Positions 27,371 to 40,659 are shown, counted from the first letter of the stretch. The stretch is DNA of 64,000 nt from Felis catus (GCF_018350175.1 NC_058368.1:156738001-156802000), one strand, 5' to 3'. Notes: a model not told the origin generated them from the letters alone. Numbers and translations are program-made.

Positions 27371-27384
27371 GAAAGAGAGAGAGA

Positions 27385-27444
<60 letters not shown>

Positions 27445-27463
27445 GGAGGGAGGGAGGGAGGGA
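27371..27463 (+). repeat. Compound purine microsatellite (GA)n(GAAA)14(GGGA)5
   Basis: Read directly from the sequence. Confidence 0.97.
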
Positions 27464-28130
27464 GAAATCCTATCCAGAATTAATTCCTAGTCTTTGGGAA
27501 ACAAGAGAGGGATAGAGGATGAATGCTTCATTTGAGGGATGTTAAAATGAGGCCCAGACTGTACAGTGTAGAATGCAGGTCTGCTGTTACTCAGTGTAAC
27601 ACTTTCAACTGATTGTTACTTGGAGCCTGCTATTTCTAAGGTAGGAAAATCACCCACAGTAAACAATGAGCCATAGGAATCATATGCATTTCAAATAACA
27701 CAAGAAACCTATACACCAAAGAAGAGAATATCCTCAAACAGTGAACATACGCTACTTGCTGTGTTTAGGACCAGGAAAAAGAAAATCCAACCAATGATTT
27801 TGTGCTGACTGGGATTTTTTTCTGTGTGTGTGTGTGTGTGTGTTTCATTTTTAATTATTGCTTTGGGCCAAGGCCAAATGTATAATTTTCCCAATAGAGT
27901 TGCTCCCATTGTCTAAAACTTGGATATATTTTGCGTTTGATCACATGTTTTTTAGGAAAGTTTTTTGTGTTTTCCCCCCTTGAAAAACTTGAAACAATAA
28001 CCACCTTCCCTGGAAATCGGCAGTATTTCCTATCCTTAGTCACTATTCTTATTTTGAAAACCATCTCTCAGTAATTGACCATATCTCAAAAAGTGATACT
28101 ACATAAATTTCAGCTCCCAGACTTCCTTGT

Positions 28131-28347
28131 ATTTTTTTTAATGTTGATCTATTTTTGAGAGGGAGAGAGCGAGAGACAGAGTATAAGCAGGGGAGGGGCA
28201 GAGAGAGAGATAGACACAGAATCTGAAGCAGGCCCCAGACTCTGAGCTGTTAGCACAGAGCCAGACAGGGGTCTCAAACCCACAAACTGGGAGATCATGA
28301 CCTGAGCTAAAGTCCGATACTTAACCAACTGAGCCACCCAGGTGCCC
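28131..28347 (-). mobile_element. CAN-SINE
   Basis: Reverse SINE body; TSD tcccagacttc. Confidence 0.95.
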
Positions 28348-28686
28348 TTGGTTCCCAGACTTCTTAGTTTGAGCTCTCTAATGAAATTTTTGGAAAAAAC
28401 AAAGCTTTTCTTCTAAGATTGAAAGAAACATATATTTTTGTAAATAAGCATTTAAAAGTGATTTTTAAAAATTCCTTTGTTTTTTCCAATTCTCTGCCTG
28501 AATTGTTTCTTCTGAAACAATTTTGATTATTTTTCACATCAAATCCTAAAATAGTCAAACTTTGATAATTCCCATTAATTTAGGTATTCAAATTTATTTT
28601 GATCTTTTAATTTTATCTAAATCTGTCTCTGTATATGTATAACATATATGCTATATATGTATATATTTGCATAAATTTTTCATAAA

Positions 28687-28897
28687 TTTTTTTAACCTTT
28701 ATTTATTCTTAGAGAGAGAGAGAGAGACAGAGTGTGAGTGGGGGAGGGGCATAGAAAGAGGGAGACACAGAATCTGAAGCAGGCTCCAGACTCTGAGCTG
28801 TCAGCACAGAGCCCAACACGGGGCTAGAACTCGGACTGCGAGATCACGACCTGAGCCAAAGTCAGTCAGTTAACCAACTAAGCCACCCAGGTGCTCC
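28687..28897 (-). mobile_element. CAN-SINE
   Basis: Reverse SINE body ending agccacccaggtgctcc. Confidence 0.95.
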
Positions 28898-29177
28898 CAT
28901 TTAGCTTTTGAATCAAGGGAGTAAAGCAATTATGCTTTGTATGTGTAATTAAAGAAACTAATATGAAACAGTGTGAAAGGCTTGTACCAGTTGGCTATGT
29001 CAGTTCCATGTTGAAAACCATCATATGATAAAGTATCAAATTAACTGAGGTAAACTCTTTTATACTTTATACTTCATTCCCTTTTCCCACATGCTCAGTG
29101 ACAGTCTGATCCAAATCCAGTTTCAGATACATGAGTCATGGCTCAGAGCAGATGTGGAGATGTGCCAGTTTATCCCT

Positions 29178-29232
29178 ACCATCCATCCATCCATCAATCC
29201 ATCCATCCATCCATCCATCCATCCTTCCACCC
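29178..29232 (+). repeat. (TCCA)n microsatellite, imperfect
   Basis: Read directly from the sequence. Confidence 0.93.
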
Positions 29233-29925
29233 ACCTTGCCGAGAAGCCTTACTGAGAGTCTACTATGTATTAGTCACCAAGGTAGTGCTAAGGGTGCACA
29301 ACACTGTGAAGGAAGTCCTTGTCTGCAAAACCTGAAGAAACAAGAAGGTTTGAAAACCACTCAAGAATTTCAAGAAAAATGTGTGCAGTCTTTGGAGAAA
29401 GCAGATCAAAATGTACCCTAGTTGCACAATGGACCTAAACTCCTTCTACCATTCATTCAATGTGCTCCTTCCCCCAAATCATGCCTTTCATCAGGAAATG
29501 TTTACGGAGTGTCCAGACAAAAGGCGACATGACATTAATCTTTCCTCTAAACACAAAATTTTCCACAAACTTTTCTGGGACTGTGTAAGTTGATTATGTA
29601 TACATTGAAAGCTGTCTTTCTCTCCCTACCCCCTCAAAAAAATGGAAAAATTTTCATTTGGCCAAAGACTATGATCACCTAGGAGAACTCTCTATTATGT
29701 CTTCTCATTCCAGACACATTTTGTATTGTTACTAGCTTCATCTTACATGAATTCCCAAGTAATTTTAGTATATTTCCGCTTCATAAAGGCCTGGGTTTCA
29801 CTAAGAATGAGAATGTTGGAGTCATCAAAATGATTGAATACATTAACATTAAAAAGATTTCTTTTCCTGTCTGTGGCACTTTTTAACAGTCACTTCCTAT
29901 TACTGGGATCAAGGGATTCGAACTG

Positions 29926-30175
29926 GAGGCAGCATAAAATGTAATCAGGTACCCTGGCTCTGAAGCCTGACTGCCTTGGTTCAATTCTGGTCATTCTATA
30001 ACTATTTGTGTGATGTCAGGGATAAGTCATTAAATTTCTAAATACTTCAGTTTCTCCATCTATAAAGTGGGAATATTAATAGTGCCCAAATTTTATAAGG
30101 TGGTTTTAAGACATTAATTTAGATAGTTCATAAAAAGCTATTATATAGGCTGACTTCAGTGTTAGCATTACTGTT
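29926..30175 (+). mobile_element. MIR SINE
   Basis: ctctgaagcctgactgccttggttcaattctgg...ttcagtttctccatctataaagtgggaatattaatagt. Confidence 0.8.
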
Positions 30176-31047
30176 ATTTTCATCTTGGACAAAACATTTA
30201 TGGAGTGAGAGATTTAGAACTTGATTTGTTACATTTGGGGATGCTGTAAATTGTCATGAATATATATTACTAATCCTCTCCTACTAGTGAAATGACTCAA
30301 GCAAAGGAAGACCAAGTGACTGATTTGATTATCTTCACTAAATTAATATGGAATCAAAACCCAGCAAACCATCTCCAAAGATTTCTTCCTTGGGTTTCTC
30401 TCAAGGGGATATTTTTACAAACCTTGGCACTTATACCAATGATACATGGATAGACTCTTCAAAATGAGTTCAAAGTGCTTCACCCAACTTTGATGTTCAC
30501 AGGATCATTAATCAATATTTACCAAGTATCTATAGGATATGTGGGATAACTGTCTGGCTTTAATGTGTTTTCTAAGCTTCACAGATAGAAAAACAAAAAT
30601 CACAAGACTTGTTACCTCCAAAGCCACAGGAGGGGTCAATATTACAAGGAAGTACTGATTCCTCCCACTACACTTCTAGTGCCCAATATCACCTTATATT
30701 TCTATTTAGCAAAGTGTTTAAAGACTTTTACGTCTTCATCTCACCTGTTTTCCTTTATCTCCTAAAGGTTATACAGCAGATTCATATAGTTCTAGGGATA
30801 AAGTAAGCAGTGAACTTTATTACAATGCAGGGCTAAGATTTGTTCATAAGATAGCATGATGATAAATTCCACTTATTTACTGAAGTGGTAAGTTGGAGTA
30901 TAGGATATGTAGATAGCATATACCTTTCATAAGAGTTACATATTTTATTAAATGAAATGGTGACCATGTTTTGATTCCTTGGAGTAAAAATAACCTTTAT
31001 TAATACTACCAACATGCAAAAAGTTTTCAATTAATCTGTCTTCTAAT

Positions 31048-31262
31048 TTTTAAAAAATGTTTATTTATTTATTTTGAGAGAGAGGGAAAAGAGGGGGGGG
31101 TTGGGGGGAGCGAAGAGGCAGAGAGAGAGGGAGAAACCCAAGCAGGCTTGGCACTGTTAGCACAGAGCCCAATGCAGGGCTCTGTCCCACGAACTGTGAG
31201 ATCATGACCCGAGCTGAAATTAAGAGTCAGACGCTTAGCCAACTGAGCCACACAAGCATCCT
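31048..31262 (-). mobile_element. CAN-SINE
   Basis: Reverse SINE body; TSD tctgtcttctaat. Confidence 0.94.
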
Positions 31263-34200
31263 GCCTCTGTCTTCTAATCTTAATTTAAGAGGTTTTAAAG
31301 AAAAATTTTCTTTATAAACCTATCATGTTCATTGGTATAGTAAGATACACGTCCTTAACTTCTGTAATTTGGAAAGTCATGTTTCTCCCAACTCATGTCC
31401 CCGATAAAGAAGAGAGTTTCATAAATATGAAATAGCCAGATGGGTTTTAACAGAAATGGTTGCAAGTCTATCTGGTTGTTTAAATTTTCCCAATTTCTTT
31501 TTAATGATAAGCGTTTGGAGAATCTCTTTTTGCTAACCACTTTCAACAAATATATCAAAACAATCTACCATACTACCTACAATTTTAAAAGCTACAGATC
31601 TACCCCTATTCATTATGCATGCCTCCTTTTATGATTCAATCTCCCATAGTAAGAGCTTGGACACTTTGTGAAAAAGCTAAGAGACTCCAAGAGTCAGATG
31701 TTTTAGTTTGATAATCATTCCGAAAATTCATGCTCCATTAAATTAGATCCAACAGAGAATCCTCAGCCCACACAACTTATAGACAAGGCAATATGTCTCC
31801 TACAAAATATTCTCTAAGCATATAGCTTCCTAAAAAAATGTTCATCAATATGTGAAAAATATTATTTATTTATTTTTAAACCCTAATCATACAACTCAAG
31901 AAAAAGTCTTTCTGATCAATTTCTAGCTAACTGAGCAGACAGAAAGACCTAGATTTTGGTCTTGACTCAGGTATTAGCTTAAGGAAAGTGAGGCACCTTT
32001 CTTAACTCTTGTGGATCTTAATTCCATTCTTTGTGAAATGAGAATATGTGAGAGGACATCAAGTTTGCCTCAAAAACGTAATTTTGTATATCTTACCTTG
32101 TGATAGTGGTATTTGTAAGCTCTATGGCATTTACAAGGACTCTCACAGCCAACAGTTTCATTTGATCTTCAAAACTGATTTTCAGAAATAGGTGGAGTTA
32201 TCTCTACTTATTTTTACCAGCAAGTGTGCTGCATTTGATATCTAGAAGGATTCACTAGAGACAGCAGCATCTAAATCACCATCCAGAAAGATTCAGTTTC
32301 CAGGAGTCAGAACGAATACTCTATAAAAAAATTTCCTGAACCTGTCAAAGCCTCACCTAAGAGAAAAATCTTTAAAAACAAAGAAAAAATGTCATGTGTG
32401 CTTCTGCTGATGTAGTCCCCAGTTGAGAGACATCATGTTGTTTCTAGGTTGAAAATTAAGTTTAGTTGCCACTTGATAAATACTTCAGTGACAATGAGTT
32501 TCCAGGAGATATTTGAAATTTTAAAACAGCACCAAGACTTAGGTAAATTTGGGTTCTTGGTTTTTAGTTTTGGAGCTCATCCTTGCAAAATATTTTTAGA
32601 TAAGTTGGAAATTAACCAGTAAAGTAGTTTACAAAGAGAAGAAAAAGGAGACTTTTATTACTGAAAAGAAATATTCTAAATCCAGAGTGGAATTCTGAGT
32701 ATCTTTGATATCTCATCAGCTCCTTTACTATAGGAAGACAAAAAAATTCTCAAAAATATGCCTAACACCTTACAGTTAATAAAATACAACACAGATATGA
32801 AATTATTCCATCTTTGCAAACAATCCTGTAAGGTAAAAAAAGGTTTTCTGAACCAAGTTCCCAATTGTTCCTCTTCTCAGAGGTCAAGGGATTTCCTGAC
32901 TAATTAAGATCCACAGGTTATCTAAAGACTCATTTTAGCCATTATATCTAAACTCTTTCTTCATCAAAGCCATTTTGAGAGGTGAGACACAGAAAAATTA
33001 CACTGTATTTGTTTTCTTTCCTTCTCTCTCCCAGCACTTTACCCACACCCCTTCTGGAAGTGTAAAGAATATAGTCAAAGAATGGGGATCACAGCAATGA
33101 AGGAGGAGAAGCAAGATGCCTTGATAATCTAATCAGGTAATTACCAGTTGGCTGTGCAATGTCATAAATAATTAAGTCCATATTTGAAACAGAGCATACT
33201 GTAAAAACTTGATTTCACAACATTTTATCAGTCTGAGTTTTAATCCATAACAACAGCTTGTATGGCCATTATAATCCATATTTAAGAATCGGACACTATG
33301 CAAAGTGTAATAATACATGCTTTTGTCTTGATGTAGATACATGCTATTCTTTCTATTGACATTTAGTAATTCACATATAGTATAAGGGAAAATACTCAAG
33401 CAGATTTCATAACTAACCAGAATAGGTCCCTTTCTGCCAGAAAAAAAAGAGTTTGCTACAGATTCGATATCAGGATATTCTACTTATAACATTTTGTATT
33501 CTAATCTTTTGGGATATGTGCTTTTTCACTATGCGTGGCCCCAAAGGCTTTCATTGTGCTAAGTCATTTTCCTTAAAGTTTTTTTTATTTTCTCAATTTG
33601 GAACACTGCCATTAAACATGTTTGGAAGTTGAACTAATCTGAATTTCCCCTTCAAAGAAGAGGAAAACTACATGCCTTCCATTAGTTCATTGACCCCCTG
33701 ACCTTTGCAAAAAACCATGAATTATTCAATATATATCTAATGAAAAGTAATTTCCATGTGTAGTTAGAATATAGCAATTTTGTAATGGGTATAATTTTGA
33801 ACAGAAATGAAACAATCTCTAAGCATGACAATGGTCAATAATCAAGAAGAAAGTATTCTAATGCCAACTGTCATTAAACATACAAAAAATCCCTCAATTC
33901 ATTAATAACTTACAAATTCACAGCTATAGCCCTCAAAATCAAATTAACCTTTTCTATCTCAAAAGAATTCAAAGGTCTTAAATATGAGTGTTCAAAGTTA
34001 TGTGACACCAGACACCACTGTTAGTCTCTGATTTGATGTTGTTTCTTCAATCAATAAAAACCCAAGACAACATTCTTGTCTTTCACCCCAGCCTCTCAGC
34101 CGCAAGCTTAAAGAATTTGAAAAACAAACCTCTCATTCACTTTTCTATCCACAGATTTTTCTATCCATACGATTTATAGATGAGTGTCTCCAACAGCAAC

Positions 34201-35074
34201 TGAGGAAGTGGGCTTGTGATACACTCATACACATTTTAAAGTTGACACATCAATCAAAGTTTATGAATATGGTGGCCTTTTACTTAAACAGAAAGCCAAA
34301 TAAGAAAGGGAAAGAGAGTTTCATTACTTTTCAACCCTAAACTTCCTATGACTAAGACCACTTTTTATTGCAGTGGAGAAATATAGCTGGCAAGCTATGG
34401 TTATTTAGAGTAAAATCCAAGCACAATCATGTGAGTTTTATGCACATTTCATCTTTAACGGAGATCATAAAGTAGCAAAAAGGGGGGGCAAAAGGGAAAA
34501 GATCCTGGTACTATTTAATCCTTAAAAAAGACCTAAAATGATACAAAACTACTACAGCGTTTCTGCTTCTCAGGTATTACATTTTTCATAAAAAGCTAGT
34601 ATAAAGAAAATATCAATGTCTTAAATTAAGTATTTCACAAATGGATTAAACTGTAAGTTTAAAATTACTTGTGTTAGCAACTCAAATGCCACCTTCAATA
34701 CCTGTGAGAAGGCATTTTCTGAAGCACAACCATGTACGAAAACTGCCACGTTAATTCCAGGCTGTCCTGATGCAATGAGTAAACCAAAACGTGGAGCTTA
34801 CCTTATTATAAACAAATGGCAAATTGCAGGCACTTTTCGGCTTGCAGGTGTCTAGCATAGTTGATTAGAAATAGACCAAACATCTTTCATTCCAGTGAGA
34901 GAACTGCATATTCAGACTTGGCTTTCTTTCCTGAATCCTTGTAGGAGAGGCTGTTCACCTCCAAGGGCTGGTAACAGCCTCTTCACAGACAGCACTTGCT
35001 GCTCTCAACTGCAGCCACTTAGAATGAAAGTAAGAGGAACCCGTGATGCTTAAATACTGTTGCCTCACATTCAC

Positions 35075-35620
35075 AGGATATGACTCAACTCCCTCTCAAA
35101 CCAGTAAGGGTAGAGTTTCCCCCTCACAAAACTGTTAGATTACGTAACAATCATCACATGTGGGGTCCCAAACTGTTTACAAACTAAAATGTAAACCTTC
35201 CCCCCACCCCCAAACACCCCCTCCCTCACCAGGTCAAACAAACGTGCATTTTTTTAAGTGATTAATTTCTTCCCTGTGGCACAAGCCACGAATGGAAATG
35301 AGAACAATATGGCACAAAGAAAACTATTCTGCTTGCTCTCAGCAGTGAATTAATGTAATGTTATTAAATGTGTGTGAACTTGCTAGCATTGCCCTGACAG
35401 AGACGTGAGAGAGGCACGCGGAAGTCACTAACATTCCTCTCAGTTCAAAAACAACGTGTAGAAGAAAACTCTGTTTTAGCGTGCAAGAAGTGGCAGTTCT
35501 GTACAACACAACAGAATCTCCTTCACGAAGCAGAGAATGGAAATAGATCTTTGTGGTTTGCTCTCGCTCATTCCCACAGAAATCCTGTCCCACGCTGTCA
35601 TTACCTTGTGCCGTTTGCTC
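35075..35620. promoter_or_regulatory. Putative enhancer (D-box, AP-1, FOX, ETS, TEAD motifs)
   Basis: TGACTCA 35081, ATTACGTAAC 35139, TGTTTAC 35174, CGGAAGT ~35419, CATTCC sites; more than 10 CpGs in unique sequence. Confidence 0.4.
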
Positions 35621-35938
35621 TGCCTACCTCTCCAGCTCAGAGCCCTCCTTTATCTGTTTTGTGAGCATTTCTAAAGGAACATGACTAATGACACAACTCC
35701 CTTAGTAAATGTGGCAATTTTCTGTGCTTTCTCTACCACCCACTACCTCTTAACTCTGAGCTTTATTAAGCTTGATCACACATTGAATTATTATATTTAT
35801 ACACCTCAGTCAATGAATATTACACACTTATCTCCTTGGAGAAAAATCTACTACATAAATTCAGTTGCCACTGGCATGACCAAGGACGAAACGATGAAAA
35901 AGCACATGGCATTTATAGCAAATTGAAACCACTTAGAC

Positions 35939-36237
35939 CAGGACTGTTCAAAAGACATGTAAGTAAACTGCATATATAATTTTACAGTCTTAGTGGTCAC
36001 ATTAAAAACGTAAAGAGAAATACGTAAAATTAATTTTAACAATGCTTACTCTAACATATCTAAAATATTTCAATTTCAACATGTATTCAACAAATTATTA
36101 AATATTTTATAATTTTTATACTAATCTTGGAGATCTGGTGTACATTTTACATTTATAGCGGATTTTGATTCAAAGTCGCCACAACTGAGTGCTCAATAGC
36201 CACAAATGGGTGGAGGCTACTACATCTGACAGCACAG
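35939..36237. mobile_element. MER33-like hAT-Charlie DNA transposon relic
   Basis: caggactgttcaa...tagtggtcacattaaaaacgtaaagagaaa...gtgctcaatagccacaaatgggtggaggctactacatctgacagcacag. Confidence 0.8.
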
Positions 36238-36254
36238 ACCTAGAGTTCGGGGTT

Positions 36255-36552
36255 CATTCTTCATTCCCAGCTTGCAGTTCAAACATTCTCTCTTCAGAGA
36301 AGTCTTCCCTTACCGCCTCACCAGACATGACCTTCCCCAATTGCTTTCCTTATCAGGATCCTTTTTATTTCCTTCATAGTGCGTCACAGCCTGGAAAGTT
36401 CTCCTTTACTCATTCATTTACTTATTTATAGTCTGCGGCCCCTAACAATAATGTAAGAAACTTGAGGGCAGAGATCTTGTAGTCAAGATTTTATCCTCAG
36501 CCTCTGGCATGGTGCTGAGCACAGAGTGGAATTTGATAAACATTGTTAAATA

Positions 36553-36587
<35 letters not shown>

Positions 36588-36590
36588 ATA
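36255..36590 (+). mobile_element. L2 3' end running into a (TAAA)n microsatellite (36553-36590)
   Basis: tcttcagagaagtcttccct...aatgtaagaaacttgagggcagagatcttgt...gcatggtgctgagcacagagtgg. Confidence 0.7.
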
Positions 36591-36984
36591 GAGTTTAGGC
36601 TATAGTTTGGTAAATAATAGAATATTTCAAAAGGTGTTCTAAGAGAAGGTATTTATCATAGAAAAGATATGACCTACCATATCACTGAACTTTTAGCAAA
36701 TACATTGGGTAACATTTTCCTGAACTGCAAAAATTACTTCTTTTTCATAATGTTAATGATCCTCAATCAATAACATACTTTATTTTCATATACAATAGTG
36801 AATATCAAAACATACTTGTTTCATTATTCCAGCAAAAATTTGGAAAGATGCTTACAGGAAAGCTTTGGTCCTAATGACATAAGTCTGGATATCATTAGGA
36901 TGTCTATTCACTTCCTACTCACAAAAACATAAAATATTATCTATAAGACATTTGCAGGAGAAATTGATATATTTGCCTGACTGC

Positions 36985-37400
36985 TATATGTGCCTCCTCC
37001 TGGTATCATCCTTCTGATTTTTATTTCGCAAATCACCCATCCATCCCTTCTTCTTAGTCCGTATTTGGGTCATGCTGACCTGGCCCCAGAAGTGGGCATG
37101 TGACGCAGGCCTGATTAACCCGTGTATACTGTCTACAGAGCTACAGTGATCACTTCAGGGATGATCACGTAACCCAAGCTGGTTCACTGAGATCCAATAT
37201 TCTATTTTTTGCTTAGAATGTGAAAGAGTGTAAGTTTATAGAACGTAAGCCTAGAATTGCTGACAGACATATGTGCTACCACATGAGGTGAGGTTGTTTA
37301 AAAACTGAAGCCAATCAAGAAAAAAAAGGCAAAAATGTAAACCGCAGACTCCTGATGCTACTGTAGTTCCTACATCTGGCCATGCATTAAGTCACATCTG
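36985..37400 (+). mobile_element. MLT1 (K-like) LTR fragment
   Basis: gtgggcatgtgacgcaggcctg...acagtgatcacttcagggatgatcacgtaacccaagctggttcactgaga. Confidence 0.65.
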
Positions 37401-37424
37401 CCTTCTGCTGCTACAATGGATACA

Positions 37425-37880
37425 CTAGAATATTCACTGCAGAATTGTTTGTAATAGCGAAAAAATGCAAATGTTGCATTGGGCCATGAAGAGCAGAAGG
37501 TTAAGTAAACAGTGGCTTCACCATACTAAGGAATAGTATGAAGCTGTTAAACATAACTAGGTTCTCTACATGCGCCACCATGCAAAACTCCCTAAAAGGT
37601 ATTAAACGGAAAGGACGTGTTGCAAAAATAAACATGTATCCCTGGGATACATGTACACTGGGTACATGAATTTTTACATGCAAATTCATAGAAAAGAACC
37701 TGGATGGACTGCACACCAATTGTGGCTAAGACATTATATCTGGGAAGAAGGTTTGAAATAGGGGATGATGGGGGACAAAGACAGATCTGATCATTTTGCT
37801 CAGTGTATTACCTATTTCATAATCTTGCTCAGTGTATTACCTATTTCATAAATTCACAAAAATAAATTCATGTATTCTTG
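37425..37880 (+). mobile_element. Ancient L1 (L1ME-like) 3' fragment
   Basis: gaatattcactgcagaattgtttgtaatagcgaaaaaatg...aaggttaagtaaacagtgg...ggaatagtatgaagctgttaaa. Confidence 0.65.
37796..37851 (+). repeat. Perfect tandem duplication (27-bp identical units, period 29)
   Basis: ttgctcagtgtattacctatttcataa at 37796-37822 and 37825-37851. Confidence 0.95.
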
Positions 37881-37910
37881 AGGTAATTTGAAAAGAACAT
37901 GTTATTTTTT

Positions 37911-38101
37911 GAAAATAAAATGTTACCTTTTTTGAGAGAGAGAGCATGAGTAGGGGAGGGGCAGAGGGAGAGAGAGAATTCCAAGCAGGCTCCACACCCA
38001 GCACAGACCCAATGTGGGCCTCGATCTCACAACTGTGAGATCATGACCTGAGCCGAAATCCAGAGTTGGATTTTTAATTGACTATGCCATCCAGGTGTCC
38101 C
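37911..38101 (-). mobile_element. CAN-SINE (older)
   Basis: Reverse SINE body; TSD aagaacatg(t/g)tattttt. Confidence 0.93.
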
Positions 38102-39019
38102 AAGAACATGGTATTTTTAAAAATAAGATCATAATTTGATATTTTTATGTCTATTTTGCTATATTATTTGCAGTCTAAGTGGACTACGCTTCTTTATTCT
38201 TATTTTTAAAACAATGTAACAAAAATAAAGTGCTCTTCTCTGCCCCACTCTCTCCATTCTTTACCAGCCCAAACTTATGTGTCCTCTCATTTTTCAGTCT
38301 GGCTAAAGGATATGCTAAGATAGAGACAAAGGCAGGACAGAAGATACGGAACAGACACTAAACTACATTAGAACCTCCAATGTACCTTCTAACATTGGCC
38401 AAGGGCTTTGATTTTTTTTTTTCTCTTAGTCTTTTCCAAAGCTCTTTTATTGACCTCATAAAAATATAGCTTGGATCTATTCAACAGTCAACATATCAAC
38501 AGCCAAATGTTTATAATCATACGTCCTATATTAATTTAGTTTGTCTTAAATCTGAGTAAATAAACTTGCTCATTATCAGCTCACTGAAAAAAACTCTGGT
38601 CTCTGAATTGGGTATAATTGCTTTTCTAATTAACATAAAACCTAAACCTTTTTTTTTCCCCAGCTTGCTCTAGTCCTAAAAAAATCTTCACATGATCTTA
38701 GTTATGTTCATACCACCCCATGATTTTGTATTCCCCCTAAATTTCCACAGTTCTCTCTCCTTAAAAATTATACAGCTAAAGATGCTTTGAGTCTGAGGCG
38801 GGAGTCAGGGCCCTGTTGACTTTTAGGATAGCCAACCAGAATTGGAACATACACGGTGCTGACAAACGGATGAGTTTGCCAAGCAGTGAGTATTGCTCTA
38901 TTTTATTCTCCCAATCATTCTAATAACGTAAACCTCTTACAGAGCCTACTGAACTTTCTCCTTCCATTCTCCTTGCTTCCACTTAAAATCTTAAGGCACC
39001 AAATTGACTTGAGATTTCC

Positions 39020-39860
39020 TGGAAGAAATACTACTTTACAGATAAAATTGAAGCCACCACGTTCCCCTGCCTATCCTGTTACCTCCCTTTCTCTTCAAAG
39101 GTAAACACTCTCCAGGGTTATCTTTATCATTCCCATACATCTTTTTAGTCTTTCATTAAATATATGTTTATCCGTAAATAAGATATTGATTTGCATGTTT
39201 TAAGCTTTGCAAAATTATATACTAGATCCTTTACTTTTGTGTGTGTGTGCTTAATATTCTCTCCTTGGGATTTACATGTAGTTCTACATAGTTCATTCTT
39301 TTTAACTGCTGTGTGCCATTCCAATTCAGGTATCCATTCTCCTGTTGATGGACACAGGTTGTTTTTAATTTATTGCTATTATTAAACTATTCTAATTCTT
39401 GTATATGGGCAAGAATTTCTTTAAAGATGAATACCTAGAAATGGAATTAATAGGATCACAGGATGTGATCCTGTCTTGACATGGTGATGCCCTGTCTTGA
39501 CTAAATATCGCCAAACCACATCTCAACATAATTAGATTAATTTATAAGTCAACCGGTGGTGTATTTGAATTTTTGTTACACTAGATTCTTGTAAATAATC
39601 TCCACAGTATTGATATTCCAGACTGATATTTTTGGCATGTGACTGATATAGAATCTTGATGTTTAATTTGGGTTTCCCTAATTATTCCTGAGCTGAGCAT
39701 CTTATTATTATTGGTCTTTTTCCTATCAGGTTGTTTGCTTTCCCTTACTAAATTTTGGTAGGTCTTTATATACTGCAGTTCTACTCCTTTGTCAATTATA
39801 TGAGTTATAGATATCACCCTTCAGTGTGTGGTTTATCACTATTTATAATGTCTTTTGCTA
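39020..39860 (-). mobile_element. Ancient L1 (L1ME-like) 3' region
   Basis: tatccattctcctgttgatggacacaggttg...atacctagaaatggaatt...gtttaatttgggtttccctaattatt. Confidence 0.7.
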
Positions 39861-39867
39861 TTTATTA

Positions 39868-39935
39868 TTATTATTTTATTATTATTATTATTTAATGTTT
39901 ATTTTGAGAGAGATAGAGTACTAGCAGGGGAGACA

Positions 39936-39997
<62 letters not shown>

Positions 39998-40101
39998 TTA
40001 AGCAGGATCCATGCTCAGCATGTATCCCACAACTGTGAGATCATGACCTGAACCGAAATCAAGAGTCAGACACTTAACCAACTAATCCACCCAGGTGCCC
40101 C
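39868..40101 (-). mobile_element. CAN-SINE with expanded (AG)27 microsatellite (39939-39992)
   Basis: TSD tgctatttatta; SINE head on the reverse strand. Confidence 0.93.
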
Positions 40102-40479
40102 TGCTATTTATTACTTTTAGACTTAGGATTTGATTTTAATTTAAAACTTTACTTTTTTCAATTATTTATCCATATTTCTTGAGTCAGAAGTATGGTGAAT
40201 ATTATGTGTTCCTCAGTTATTACTCCTGAAGCATTCCTAGCAATAATGTCATATTGCATATCAAAAGGGGAACCTAGAAGAACTCCTACTTCTAATGAGC
40301 ACCTCAGTTCACCATTTATAGGACATCTGCTGTTGGCCTTATTGTGTTAGAAAGTATAAATAAGAGCAGTCCACACAACTGAGAAATACACAGTCTAATT
40401 GAGGGGAAAAAAACTTATAAGTATGATGATGATGAAGTAAACATGTGCCATTAACTATGGTAATTCATTATTTAATAGT

Positions 40480-40659
40480 TTTTTTTTTATGTGAGAGAGA
40501 GAGAACACAAGTGGGGGTGGCAGATTCTTCAAGAGAGAGATTCTTAAGTAGGCTCCCTGCTGAACCTTAAAGTGGGGCTCGATCCCATGACTCTGGGATC
40601 ATGACCTGAACTGAAATCAAGAGTCAGATGCTCAACTGACTGAGCCAGGCAGGTGCCCC
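40480..40659 (-). mobile_element. CAN-SINE (older)
   Basis: Reverse SINE body; TSD tatttaatagt. Confidence 0.92.
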
